In this document: positions 36,624 to 46,707 of the stretch, one piece after another
How positions within the stretch are numbered: the first letter of the stretch is position 1
How the letters are laid out: every line of letters begins with the position of its first letter
Virus record (IMG/VR): IMGVR_UViG_2731639221_000001
Coordinates: 1-64,000 of that record
Length of the DNA: 64,000 nt
Strand: one strand, 5' to 3'
Origin: an uncultured virus (IMG/VR IMGVR_UViG_2731639221_000001)
Taxonomy: Duplodnaviria > Heunggongvirae > Uroviricota > Caudoviricetes
Notes under the pieces: model-generated
The model's input: the letters and a program-made list of their open reading frames with translations, nothing else
Told to the model about the DNA's origin: nothing
Database searches by the model: none
Translations under genes and position numbers: made by a program

Positions 36624-37304
36624 ATGGAAGCTAGGGAAATACTAAACAAAATATTAAAATACAGCAGATTAAACGCCAAGTCTTTTTCAGAAAAGATAGG
36701 CTTGGAGAGACCTCAAGCAATCTACGATATACAAAAAGGAAAAACAAAGTCAATTAGTCAAGCTATGCTAAGTAAGATATTATCTGTATTTCCTGAACTA
36801 AATAAAGGATGGCTTCTTACAGGAGAAGGCGAGATGCTATCCGAAAAAAATGAATCCACTGAGCTAATCATCAACAACTATAATCAAGGACAACCAATAC
36901 TTGACATTCGCGTATGTGCCGGTCATGGCATAGGATTAGAGGGTGATGAAAATAAAGTTGTTGAATGGGTAAGTATCCCGAAGTTTGATGGATGCTATGG
37001 AATTACCGTTTACGGAGATAGCATGTATGACAAGTTTAAATCGGGAGATATAATATTTGTTAGACCAATAGAAGGACGTAATGACTTTGATTTCGGACAA
37101 TGCTATATTATTATTACAAACGAAGATAGGTATATAAAGAACGTCTACGAAAGCAATAAAGGAGATGAATATATCACTATGACATCTTTCAATACAGAGA
37201 TTAATCCCGATGGTAGGAGAAAATACCCTGATCGGGATATTTATATAGATGATATAAAACATCTTTATAAAGTTGCAGGAAAATTAAGAAGAGATCAATT
37301 ATAA
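36624..37304 (+). CDS. CI-like repressor (HTH + S24 peptidase)
   Basis: HTH, WLLTGEGEM, CAG cleavage site, GDSM, YIK. Confidence 0.9.
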   Translation: MEAREILNKILKYSRLNAKSFSEKIGLERPQAIYDIQKGKTKSISQAMLSKILSVFPELNKGWLLTGEGEMLSEKNESTELIINNYNQGQPILDIRVCAGHGIGLEGDENKVVEWVSIPKFDGCYGITVYGDSMYDKFKSGDIIFVRPIEGRNDFDFGQCYIIITNEDRYIKNVYESNKGDEYITMTSFNTEINPDGRRKYPDRDIYIDDIKHLYKVAGKLRRDQL

Positions 37305-37310
37305 ATAACT

Positions 37311-37580
37311 ATGCCGCCAAAAGCAACAATTAAAGAATCCAGAGAAGTAACTAAGAGGTTTGTTGATTCTTTCAACGAACTGAGGTATCTGAAGCTTGTT
37401 AAGACAAAGAAAGAGTTTTGTGAAGCTGTTGGATTAGCCGGTGCGAGTAATTTAAACAGAATGGAATCTGAGAGCTCCACAAGCGAACCAACGATAACGA
37501 ATATATTACTGCTTATTCAAAAGTTCAATGTTTCAGTAGAATGGATAATGCTTGGGAAAGGATCTGTAATTTCTAAATAG
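37311..37580 (+). CDS. XRE-family HTH protein
   Basis: FNVSVEWIMLGKG. Confidence 0.75.
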   Translation: MPPKATIKESREVTKRFVDSFNELRYLKLVKTKKEFCEAVGLAGASNLNRMESESSTSEPTITNILLLIQKFNVSVEWIMLGKGSVISK

Positions 37581-37582
37581 AT

Positions 37583-38905
37583 ATGGCTGGACTTGAACCA
37601 AAATACACAATCCGAGAACCGAACTCTATTGAACCGACATATATTCGTGTAAATATTCGATATAAGTACAAAGAGTTAAAAGTAGATACAGGTGACAAGA
37701 TAATACCTATACTTTGGGATAAGGACAATCAAAGGCCAACCACTGACCGAAAAACATTAAGGAATCTGCATCCTCTTGTCTTGAAAGAATTGCAATATAT
37801 ATCACTTCATCTTGATGAGATCGATTACTTTATAAGAGATTTAGTTCTCGATCTGAAAAGAGACAAAACTATATCCCTTGAAATAATCAAAGATAAACTT
37901 TCTGAATTTTTAGGACGAAAGAAAGAAGATGAACCTATTCCTCCTGCAATCATAACTGATTATTATGATAATCTGATCGAGCGTATGAGCAACGGAACTT
38001 TCTTAACTGACAAAGGGACCGTCTACACTCCCGGAACAATTAAAATGCATAGTGTATGCAAAAATCAAATAGCATCTTTTGGCGACATATGGGGTCAACT
38101 TGCATTTGATAGTGTTTCCAACGATTTCTATACTAAATTCATTACATATTGCCACTCTAAGAATTATAAACAAAATACTATTGGCAGAGCAATTAAGTCA
38201 TTGAAATTTGTTATGAAAGTAGCATATAAGGAGAGCTTTCATACAAATGAAATTTTCAAAGATGAAGATTTCAAAGCTAATATGGAGGATGTTGATAATA
38301 TATACTTAAGAGTCGATGAATTAAAAGCAATGTACGATCTTGATCTTTCTAACGACAAAGTTAGAGAAAGAGCCAGGGATCTATTTCTTATAGGCTGCTA
38401 CACGGGACAACGTTTCTCTGACTATTCAAGATTTCGCCCGGAACATATAAAATCAACCTCCAACGGAACGAAAGTCATAGATATTGTGACTAAGAAGACT
38501 AAACAACGAGTTATTATCCCTTTCCTTTTCCCGGAGCTTGATATTCTTTTAAAAAAATACAATTATCACAGCCCTAAAGCTTATGAGCAAGATTTGAATG
38601 AACAAATTAAAGAGGTTGGCAAAAGGGCCGGAATAACAGGAGATATTATCATTGCTGAAAAAAAAGGGGGCAAAATGATAGAGACTTTATACAAGAAGCA
38701 TGATCTGATAAAAACTCATACGGCCAGGAGAAGCTGTGCAACCAATCTGTTCAAAATGGGATATGTTCCACTTGAGATAATGAAAATTACAGGACACACA
38801 TCAGAAGCTACTTTTTTGAAATATATAAAGGTATCTAAAGAAGAAAATGCAGAAATAATGATGTCTAAAATAAATGAGAAAGAAAATGATAAAAGGTCTG
38901 AATAA
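37583..38905 (+). CDS. int: Prophage tyrosine integrase
   Basis: YTGQRFSD, HTARRS, GHT, YI catalytic motifs. Confidence 0.93.
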   Translation: MAGLEPKYTIREPNSIEPTYIRVNIRYKYKELKVDTGDKIIPILWDKDNQRPTTDRKTLRNLHPLVLKELQYISLHLDEIDYFIRDLVLDLKRDKTISLEIIKDKLSEFLGRKKEDEPIPPAIITDYYDNLIERMSNGTFLTDKGTVYTPGTIKMHSVCKNQIASFGDIWGQLAFDSVSNDFYTKFITYCHSKNYKQNTIGRAIKSLKFVMKVAYKESFHTNEIFKDEDFKANMEDVDNIYLRVDELKAMYDLDLSNDKVRERARDLFLIGCYTGQRFSDYSRFRPEHIKSTSNGTKVIDIVTKKTKQRVIIPFLFPELDILLKKYNYHSPKAYEQDLNEQIKEVGKRAGITGDIIIAEKKGGKMIETLYKKHDLIKTHTARRSCATNLFKMGYVPLEIMKITGHTSEATFLKYIKVSKEENAEIMMSKINEKENDKRSE

Positions 38906-38916
38906 TGGTCTGAATA
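38895..38916. promoter_or_regulatory. Tandem integrase arm-type sites (prophage)
   Basis: GGTCTGAATA twice with 12-bp period, ~115 bp from the junction. Confidence 0.55.
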
Positions 38917-39031
38917 CTTTTAATATGTTTTGCTTTCGGTTACATCAATATACCTACAACCAATTGTAATGCAATATATAAATTTATATATGTTAATCTA
39001 TTACATAACCAACATTAAAAAACTTGTGGTA

Positions 39032-39471
39032 CGCCAGGAACCTCAAATACGTGTCAAAAGCCCCTGTAAGACAATAACTTACAGGGGCTTATTTTTTACG
39101 GGGTTCCAAATCGGGTCCCAATGGCTGAGAGCTCATAATACTATCCAAATGGCACATTCATAGCTGATTATATGCAACTTTATATCTAATCTTCTTTCCC
39201 GAAATAAGTACTAAAATCCCACTTTGAACCTCAACTGATATACCGCAATTAAGTGGGCTCGGGTTCCAATTGAGAGCCCAGCTATGAGCCCGATACAATA
39301 ATCAAACCATATTCTGTACATTTATCCAAATTAGTATTACTTTTGTTAAAACATACATTAATCACTTATCAGCCAATGATAGCGAATAGTCAGAATGAAG
39401 CATTACTAATACTAGCCAATTCAACGAAAGAGAAAGTTGAATGGGCTGAATATGCTAATTATTGTTCTGAC
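39032..39471. repeat. 440-bp direct repeat, copy 1
   Basis: Matches 61282-61721 with 5 mismatches; includes hairpin 39058-39090 and arm-like GGTYCCAA pair 39102-39122. Confidence 0.95.
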
Positions 39472-40086
39472 AGAGAAAAAGGCTTAAGAAAGACGGCTTT
39501 CGAACATCTTAACACTTTTATAAAGGATGCTCAAAAATGGGTATTAACTCAACGAATAGAATTTGTTAGCTATATCTTTCCATATTTTGAAACGGTGCAA
39601 GATGCTGACTATGGCGGTTTTCCTCAACCTCTAAGTGAAAAAGTTATAAAACCAACACTTGAAGAATGGTGTGCTTTAGAAAACGAAGATAACAGACCTT
39701 TTAGGTGGTATGGAAAATATTATAAAAGTGAGGATCATCTATTTAAAGCATTAGAATTGAATCCACTTGATGACATGGCAAGAAGCACTATTATTTCTTG
39801 GTGGAGTTATCAAATATATTATTCTGTACATCATTTACCTGATTATTATATTGGAGACCCATACGAAGATATTCTACTCTCAAACAAGATAAAAGAACAA
39901 ATAAATCTACTCAACGATGGTAAGGTTAAACTAAGATTGGAAAAAGCCTTAGAAGAAGATTTAGAACTTGTACGCAATTATATTGAGTGGAAAGAATTAG
40001 GACATCTTGATTTTGATAAGTGGGGTGAAGAAAATCAAAAATCTACAGGTTATGGGTTGACTAGAACCTATTATTACACAAAATGA
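39376..40086 (+). CDS. Hypothetical protein
   Basis: Helical ORF, first ATG 39376. Confidence 0.6.
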   Translation: MIANSQNEALLILANSTKEKVEWAEYANYCSDREKGLRKTAFEHLNTFIKDAQKWVLTQRIEFVSYIFPYFETVQDADYGGFPQPLSEKVIKPTLEEWCALENEDNRPFRWYGKYYKSEDHLFKALELNPLDDMARSTIISWWSYQIYYSVHHLPDYYIGDPYEDILLSNKIKEQINLLNDGKVKLRLEKALEEDLELVRNYIEWKELGHLDFDKWGEENQKSTGYGLTRTYYYTK

Positions 40087-40117
40087 ATAACACTGAATTA
40101 ACAAATCGTAAATTACT

Positions 40118-40540
40118 ATGGCTGTATATGGGATAGGGGCAACATTTGAGAAAAAAGATGTATTTGATTCTTTCATAAAGGATAAGGTTGCATTCCTTAG
40201 TTGGACGGATAAAGATGCACCAGAATTACACAAACTATTCCGACATATAAAAATCGGGGATATACTGTATATCAAATCATATAATCCTACGAGTGGATTA
40301 ACTATTAAAGCTATAGGCATTGTTAAGGACAATACTATAAATGAAGCCAATAATAATAGCATATCTGTTGGCTGGATTTGGGAAGGAAAGAAAGATGCTG
40401 AAAAAGAAGAAGATCAATTTATTGTTCTCGAACCCAACATGGATAAGTATAATGTTCGGAATATTGCCATATACGAAGAATTTAATGAAGTGGTATTAGC
40501 TAAAGTCTTGGATAAAATATTTGCGTTAAGACAAGACTAA
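40118..40540 (+). CDS. Hypothetical protein, EVE/PUA-like
   Basis: IKIGDILYIK...IKAIGIV...VGW. Confidence 0.5.
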   Translation: MAVYGIGATFEKKDVFDSFIKDKVAFLSWTDKDAPELHKLFRHIKIGDILYIKSYNPTSGLTIKAIGIVKDNTINEANNNSISVGWIWEGKKDAEKEEDQFIVLEPNMDKYNVRNIAIYEEFNEVVLAKVLDKIFALRQD

Positions 40541-40541
40541 T

Positions 40542-40943
40542 ATGTGGACAGAAATAAAGACTCAATCTGATATTGATAGCGTGTTAGAACTGTATGGCTT
40601 CTTTCATGATAGCTGCATTAGAGATTTTCACATATCTACTAGAGCATTTGTTGAGAAAAACTTAAGTATGGGATTTGACAATAAATTGACTGTATCAATT
40701 CTATTTCAACGACAATTCTCCCCTAACTCAGTATTAGAACTGAAATTTGAAGATGCGATTAAATTCAATTACTATCCTTATGACGATATTATTTACGATG
40801 CCTCAATAATAATTGAAGATGGTCTCTTTTATTGGACTGAGTGTGAAATAAATGATTTATCATCTACTTGGATATGTGGAGAAAAGCTTTATTGGAGATT
40901 TCGACCAAAACTATTAGGAAATATTGAAAGGATGAAAATGTAG
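40542..40943 (+). CDS. Hypothetical protein
   Basis: 133 aa, FHDSCI motif. Confidence 0.55.
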   Translation: MWTEIKTQSDIDSVLELYGFFHDSCIRDFHISTRAFVEKNLSMGFDNKLTVSILFQRQFSPNSVLELKFEDAIKFNYYPYDDIIYDASIIIEDGLFYWTECEINDLSSTWICGEKLYWRFRPKLLGNIERMKM

Positions 40944-40987
40944 GAATATCTCCCTCCCTCCTTCCCCTATAATAAACAATAATCTAA

Positions 40988-41314
40988 ATGAGAAATATAG
41001 ATAAGAATCAGTTGTTAGATTTATTTTCATCGTCAATGGGTAATTCTGAGTATAAATTCATAGAGTTTGCCCAAATAAACGATATTAAAAATTACAGCAC
41101 AATCATAGAAGAGTTTAAAACTATTCAAAATCAAATCTATGAGTATATCTATAAAATAACAGAACCTAATATCCAACTATCTGCAACAGAAATAGAAGAA
41201 GCCAGTATTCAATATTGCACAAAGACATACACATGGATAAATGAAACAGGGATCAAAGCTATTAACAGATGGTTGATATGGATGTGTTGGCATGAGGGCA
41301 TATTAAAGCAATGA
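40988..41314 (+). CDS. Hypothetical protein
   Basis: 108 aa, C-terminal CWHEG. Confidence 0.55.
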   Translation: MRNIDKNQLLDLFSSSMGNSEYKFIEFAQINDIKNYSTIIEEFKTIQNQIYEYIYKITEPNIQLSATEIEEASIQYCTKTYTWINETGIKAINRWLIWMCWHEGILKQ

Positions 41315-41497
41315 TGTTTATATTCTCAAAACACCCAAATTGGGCTCCCCGTTGGTCTCTCGAAGAGAATTTAATTTGAAAAGCCTTTTCTGGCATCGTC
41401 TCTGAATGGGAAGTTCAAGTCCCTTAAGGCTATCAACTATAAATCAACAATATAACAAATAGATTATCAAATATTAAAAATAAAAATATAACAACAG

Positions 41498-41950
41498 ATG
41501 GAACATTCAAAAGAAAAAATTCAATTAACTCCTACCGAGAAAAGGGTAAGGAAGGCTCTTATTAAATTTGCAGCAGCCAAACGCACAGTAGCTTATCAAG
41601 CTCTATCTAATATTGCTGATCTTGGCTTAGAGATGCAATATGATATACACGTAGAAATGATGTCAACCATGCTATCTAATGTTTCTTGTTTTGAATTACA
41701 AGAAGGGAGACCTCTACTTTCGGCTGTTGTGATTAATTCAAACAAAGAGCACCAAGGCAACGGATTTTTCAAATTATGTACAGAAAAAGAAAATGAATTG
41801 AAAGAGCTTCTAAACTGTGAAAGTCTTTCGCCAAGCATCAAACAAAAGTTAGAATTCTCAGCAGCCAGAATAAAAGACTGTTTTGATTTTTGGAGCGATA
41901 AAGAACGATTAGATTTGAATAGAGACAAAGAAATTCACTTAGACAATTAA
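41498..41950 (+). CDS. Hypothetical protein, paralog of 56599-56940
   Basis: GRPLLSAVVI...GNGFF motif. Confidence 0.6.
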   Translation: MEHSKEKIQLTPTEKRVRKALIKFAAAKRTVAYQALSNIADLGLEMQYDIHVEMMSTMLSNVSCFELQEGRPLLSAVVINSNKEHQGNGFFKLCTEKENELKELLNCESLSPSIKQKLEFSAARIKDCFDFWSDKERLDLNRDKEIHLDN

Positions 41951-41960
41951 ACGGAAAATT

Positions 41961-43142
41961 ATGGCAATGGATTTTGAAGAGTTCAAACGTAGAAGTGAGC
42001 TATACAATCACCCCGAAAAAGGAGAATTAGAAAAGATGTTCGATCAAGTAAACGAAGAAGAGGATGAACTTGATTTTGAAAATATAGTAAAATATAAAGG
42101 CGAAACTTTTCCCCTAATAGAAATCAATATACCCTTAAAAGGGATATGGGAGTTTTTAGGGTATTTAGAAATATCTCTTGATTGTTTTGATGTAGCATTA
42201 AAATATCCTAAAGCCGATTTTTTTATGATAAAATCGCAAATCGGAAACTATGCAAAAGAAAAAATTGAAAATTTTATTGATAACAACAGCTACCAAGATA
42301 AAGATGATATAACAGCTTCATTCAATATATTCAATGGTCAAGTATTTTTTGATGCGGATATTTTTTATAGACTTTCCTGTATTGATGAACTACGGAATCA
42401 TTACTTAGTAGAGCAAGACGAGAAACTCTCAAAATTTGATAAGATAAATGGAACCGAGCGTAAAAATAAAATCTTAGGAGGACAGTTTAGGATTGATCTT
42501 TACCCATATATAACAGCTAAACAATACGAAAAAGACTTTTTTGATTTTTTGGTAAGTCCTGATGTATATCAATCACTGTATGATTGTGCAAAATCTGACA
42601 TTTCAGCCAATAGCAAGTCGCTTACAGATTTACGTTCTATATTGATAAGTAAGCTATATGTAATCAACAATCGTAAAAATAGCCATTCTGAGACATTATT
42701 ATCTACCTTAACAAATCAGACCCTCATAAATTGGTATATTCTATTGCAGAAATACATTGATATGGCTACCTCTTTGTTAGATGCTCTTGCAACAAGTAAA
42801 CTGGACACAAAGCTTATAGTCTATATTCTTAAGACCTTATGTAAAAACGGAATGGACATCAAGGTGACAGAAGATCCATTTGTCGGTTTTATAAAAGAAT
42901 TGGTTGGGACTTCTCTTTCTACAACAGAAAAATATCTTCGCTCTGCGGATATGGGATATAGACAAGGGTTTTCAGAGGTATGGCTTGAAGGATTAAGACT
43001 GCTATCCACATTAGATAAAGAAAATCCATTAATCCGCAAAAGTATCAGAGAAGCTCTAAAAGATAGACCTGTCAAATTGGACAAACCTTTGACTACTGAA
43101 CAGGAAGGATTCATTCAAAAACTAAAAGAAGAATACCCTTAA
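41961..43142 (+). CDS. Hypothetical protein
   Basis: 393-aa ORF. Confidence 0.6.
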   Translation: MAMDFEEFKRRSELYNHPEKGELEKMFDQVNEEEDELDFENIVKYKGETFPLIEINIPLKGIWEFLGYLEISLDCFDVALKYPKADFFMIKSQIGNYAKEKIENFIDNNSYQDKDDITASFNIFNGQVFFDADIFYRLSCIDELRNHYLVEQDEKLSKFDKINGTERKNKILGGQFRIDLYPYITAKQYEKDFFDFLVSPDVYQSLYDCAKSDISANSKSLTDLRSILISKLYVINNRKNSHSETLLSTLTNQTLINWYILLQKYIDMATSLLDALATSKLDTKLIVYILKTLCKNGMDIKVTEDPFVGFIKELVGTSLSTTEKYLRSADMGYRQGFSEVWLEGLRLLSTLDKENPLIRKSIREALKDRPVKLDKPLTTEQEGFIQKLKEEYP

Positions 43143-43202
43143 AAATCCTACTTTTAAATATGCAAATACTTTAAAATAAAAAAATATCCGTAAAATATGC
43201 TT

Positions 43203-43236
43203 GGGCATGCTCTTATCAGAGTGTGCCCTTTTTTTA
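43203..43236 (+). terminator. Intrinsic terminator
   Basis: GGGCATGCTCT-TATC-AGAGTGTGCCC followed by a T run. Confidence 0.75.
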
Positions 43237-43289
43237 TTCTGTATATCAACACATTATACTATCACATTAGATTATCCGTAAACATCCGA

Positions 43290-43349
43290 GAATAAACTAC
43301 CCCAAAAATAGGAATAAACTACCCAATTTCTCGGAATAAAACTACACCC
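43290..43349. repeat. Three direct repeats with 22-bp period
   Basis: GAATAAACTACCC at 43290 and 43312, degenerate copy at 43334. Confidence 0.8.
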
Positions 43350-43438
43350 TCAAAATGAGCATTTTAGCCTTAATTTGCACCATGAAAGTTGCAACTCTTC
43401 ATATTAAAATTATTGTAAAATTAGAAACTGAAAAGAAC

Positions 43439-43729
43439 ATGAAAAAAGAAGTTTTTATACTAGGTAACGAAAACGAATTGATAGACAAACTCAATTCGGG
43501 CTTACGAGACATTATTAAAGAAGAGTTGAAGGAAAGAGAAAAAATGAGTAAGAAACCGACAAAAGAGCCCATGCTTACCAGAGCCGATGTTTGTGCCTAT
43601 CTGCATATCTCTTATGCCACGCTTCACAGATATGTAAACTACGGAATTATTGAGTGCTATAAATGTGGTAGACGCTCATTATTCAAACAAGAACAGATCG
43701 ATTCAATATTAATCAAACTAAATGCATAA
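43439..43729 (+). CDS. Excisionase-like HTH protein
   Basis: LTRADVCAYLHISYATLHRY; start moved to ATG 43439. Confidence 0.8.
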   Translation: MKKEVFILGNENELIDKLNSGLRDIIKEELKEREKMSKKPTKEPMLTRADVCAYLHISYATLHRYVNYGIIECYKCGRRSLFKQEQIDSILIKLNA

Positions 43730-45266
43730 GGAGGTTTTACAAATGGAAGTGACTAATAACATAATAGATACAGCAAACAGTATAAATTCAGACAATAACG
43801 TGGAAACAGCTAAAGATATGATAGCCAGCGTAACAGAAAGTATCGCTCAAATTGAACAAGAAGCGGAAGTAATGCCATTACCCACCTATTCCAAACCCGA
43901 AGAATTGTGTGCTGATATGCTAAATAGCATCAAGCCTGTTGACTTTAACGGATTATCAGATAATCCGAAAGGAAAAGCCAACATAGACGATAAGGTAGTG
44001 GTCTGCATAGATCAACTTTTGGAGTGTTGCGAATTCCACAACAGGGAAATAACTATTCGTGAAGGTGGGTATATCCTTATGTACAATGGCAAATTTTGGC
44101 AGTTATTAAGTACGGAAGAAGCCAAAAACTTTTTAGGAACGGTTGCCGAGAAAATGGGATTATCCCATACCGAAGCCAACTTCTTTAGTTCCAAAGAAAA
44201 GTTATTCAAACAATTGGTATCAACATCTTTCCAAAAAGATCAAAAAAAGAAACATACCTCTTATATCAATTTCCAGAATGGCACATTGGTTATCAACCAC
44301 CGTAAGAACACTACAATATTCCGTGAGCACAGGGCTAAAGACGGATTAAAGTATTGCCTGTCATACGACTACGACCCCAAAGCCGATTGTCCAAAATTTA
44401 AAGCATTCTTGGATCAAATGCTACCTGACGAAGAAGCTCAATATCTTCTGATGGAACATATAGGTCGTCCGTTTGTAAAGGATGAAATCCCATTAGAAGC
44501 AATTCTCTTCTTAATTGGAGATGGGTTAAACGGGAAATCGGTTATATACCAAATTGTTAGGGGTCTTTTAGGCGAGGCTAATGTTACCAATTATTCTTTG
44601 GAAGATGTTACCAAGAATAAAAACTACTGTCGGGCGAAATTGAACTACAAGCTGCTGAATTATGGAAGCGACATCAACGATAAACTGGATATTGATGTAT
44701 TCAAAAAAATGGCTTCAAACGAGCCTATACCAGCTAGGGACATTTACAGAAGTGCCATTGAAATGAAAGATTATGCCTGTCAAATCTATAATACAAACGT
44801 CTTTTTAGACACAAATATTGAATTGACTGATGGCTTCGAAAGACGTATCAACCTTATTCTGTTTCTGATAAAGGTTGCCAAAGAAAAAATTAATATCCGT
44901 TTAGCAGAAGAACTAGCAGAAGAATATAGCGGTATTATGAATCTTGCTGTTGAGGGAATTAAACGCCTGATGACTAACGGAAAATTTACTGAATGCCAAG
45001 CGTCTGAAAAATTTAAGAAAGAGTTTTTCAGCGAAGCCAATCCAACAACTGACTTTTTGGAAACCAAAGGATATGTTGTAGCCCAGACTGCCAGTATAAC
45101 CCTACAATCTCTCTATGATGAATTTAAGATGCATTGTGAAGCCAATTGCTTGCAACTTCTTTCCTGCAACATGTTTTCAAGGCAATTACGACGCAAAAAC
45201 ATCAGAGTTGAAAAAGATGGTTCCCGACCAAGAGTGGTGTTCATTGAAAAAAGATCACTAGCCTAG
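43722..45266 (+). CDS. D5/P4-family SF3 helicase (primase-associated)
   Basis: INFQNG, YDYDPKADCPKF, GDGLNGKS, FERR. Confidence 0.85.
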   Translation: MHKEVLQMEVTNNIIDTANSINSDNNVETAKDMIASVTESIAQIEQEAEVMPLPTYSKPEELCADMLNSIKPVDFNGLSDNPKGKANIDDKVVVCIDQLLECCEFHNREITIREGGYILMYNGKFWQLLSTEEAKNFLGTVAEKMGLSHTEANFFSSKEKLFKQLVSTSFQKDQKKKHTSYINFQNGTLVINHRKNTTIFREHRAKDGLKYCLSYDYDPKADCPKFKAFLDQMLPDEEAQYLLMEHIGRPFVKDEIPLEAILFLIGDGLNGKSVIYQIVRGLLGEANVTNYSLEDVTKNKNYCRAKLNYKLLNYGSDINDKLDIDVFKKMASNEPIPARDIYRSAIEMKDYACQIYNTNVFLDTNIELTDGFERRINLILFLIKVAKEKINIRLAEELAEEYSGIMNLAVEGIKRLMTNGKFTECQASEKFKKEFFSEANPTTDFLETKGYVVAQTASITLQSLYDEFKMHCEANCLQLLSCNMFSRQLRRKNIRVEKDGSRPRVVFIEKRSLA

Positions 45267-45271
45267 AAAAT

Positions 45272-45322
45272 CTGTCAGAACCGTCACTTCTTGAAAGTCG
45301 GTGACGGTTTTGACGGTTTTTT
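45272..45322 (+). promoter_or_regulatory. 16-bp inverted repeat (terminator or origin element)
   Basis: CTGTCAGAACCGTCAC / GTGACGGTTTTGACGG then a T run. Confidence 0.55.
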
Positions 45323-45365
45323 CTACCCTTTAAAGTTTAAAAACGAAAATTCAAAAAATAACAAA

Positions 45366-46337
45366 ATGAATTACAGATACACTTTAGACAAAAGACGAGG
45401 AAGAGGGTATATCCATATCTGCCCTCAATGTGGAAAGAAAGAATTCAGGCGTTATGTCGATAACCAAACAATGCTGTATGTAGCTGATACGGTAGGTAAA
45501 TGCAATAGAGAAGTTAAATGCGGTTACCACTATCCACCAAGAGACTATGCGAAAGATAATCCACAATATTACACCACCTATTCAGTAGTACCTCTAAGAA
45601 TAAAGAAGCTGGAAAATGTACAACAAGAACCATCATTTCTTGATGCTGGACTAGTAGCTCAATCAATGGCGAATAATGGACACATAAACAGCTTTACCCG
45701 TTGGCTCTACAACATTATAGGTAAAAACCCGAAGTATGGTATTGAGGTTGTTGAAAATCTCATTAAGAGGTATCATTTGGGCGGTTCAAATAAAATGGAA
45801 GATGCTGTTGTCTTTTGGCAGATTGATATTGAAGGGAATGTTCGTACAGGTAAGATGATGCGTTACGACAGTAAGATGGGTAAGCGATTGAAGGGCGAAG
45901 GCTACAACTACGATTGGGTACACGCTAGTCTCAAAAGACAACAGAGAATCAGCCCTAGTTTCAACATGGTACAGTGCTTTTTCGGAGAGGATCAACTAAA
46001 AGGAAACGAAGATGCTCTTCACGCAGTATTTGAGAGCGAAAAAACGGCATGTATCGCCTCTGTCCTTTATCCTAAATTGATTTGCTTGGCAACAGGAGGA
46101 TTATCGAATCTAAATGCAGAGAAGTGCAAGGTACTCAAAAGCAGGAAAGTGATTTTCTTCCCCGATTTAGGCTGTTACTCCATTTGGAAATCAAAAGTGA
46201 ATCGGATAGCACAAGAAGTATTCTTCAAATATTATCACATTGACGATACTTTGGAGAAGAACGCTACTGAAGAAGAAAGAGAGCAAGGCTTAGACCTGTG
46301 CGACTATTTCACTAGATCATTAAACAAGAGAAAATAA
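45366..46337 (+). CDS. Zn-ribbon + TOPRIM primase-like protein (DUF6371-like)
   Basis: CPQCG...CNREVKCGYH, VVFWQID, FESEKTA, FFPD, DLCD. Confidence 0.75.
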   Translation: MNYRYTLDKRRGRGYIHICPQCGKKEFRRYVDNQTMLYVADTVGKCNREVKCGYHYPPRDYAKDNPQYYTTYSVVPLRIKKLENVQQEPSFLDAGLVAQSMANNGHINSFTRWLYNIIGKNPKYGIEVVENLIKRYHLGGSNKMEDAVVFWQIDIEGNVRTGKMMRYDSKMGKRLKGEGYNYDWVHASLKRQQRISPSFNMVQCFFGEDQLKGNEDALHAVFESEKTACIASVLYPKLICLATGGLSNLNAEKCKVLKSRKVIFFPDLGCYSIWKSKVNRIAQEVFFKYYHIDDTLEKNATEEEREQGLDLCDYFTRSLNKRK

Positions 46338-46377
46338 CAAAAAACTATTTAGTATTAATATTTAAAAAAATTGAAAG

Positions 46378-46707
46378 ATGAGAGGAAGAAGATTGAGCGT
46401 AAGTGAAGTTCTGAACGGTCAGAAGATGCAGAAGAGTGTAAAGAGAATGCGTTCTAAGGACAGAATTCCACGATATTATGTTATGGGGGAAGACCACAAA
46501 ATTACAGTTGCCCATTTTGGATTCTGTCTAAACATGCATAAAATGGGAGAGTATCTAAAAGCACCTTTTCCTGATGGAGAAATATTTCATCAAATAGAAG
46601 ACAATGCTAGATTCTGGTTTTCGACTAGTAGAGAATCTCTTATAGCTGTTATGGAAAACAGAAAGGAGCCGTGGGTGTGTTTGGACTTAAGAGAAGATAA
46701 CAAGTGA
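46378..46707 (+). CDS. Hypothetical protein
   Basis: Paralog of next gene. Confidence 0.6.
   Translation: MRGRRLSVSEVLNGQKMQKSVKRMRSKDRIPRYYVMGEDHKITVAHFGFCLNMHKMGEYLKAPFPDGEIFHQIEDNARFWFSTSRESLIAVMENRKEPWVCLDLREDNK

Larger units (their letters stand above)
1..39040. mobile_element. Temperate prophage (siphovirus-like), left end outside window
   Basis: Terminases, portal, capsid-like, tape measure, replication, cI/cro switch and tyrosine integrase; ends at att-like sequence near 39020-39040. Confidence 0.93.

Noticed and set aside
38930..39163. 77-aa ORF after the integrase
   Set aside because: TTG start, spans the att junction and hairpin; probably spurious
41400..41430. tRNA suggested by GTTCAAGTCC
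   Set aside because: No cloverleaf can be folded around it
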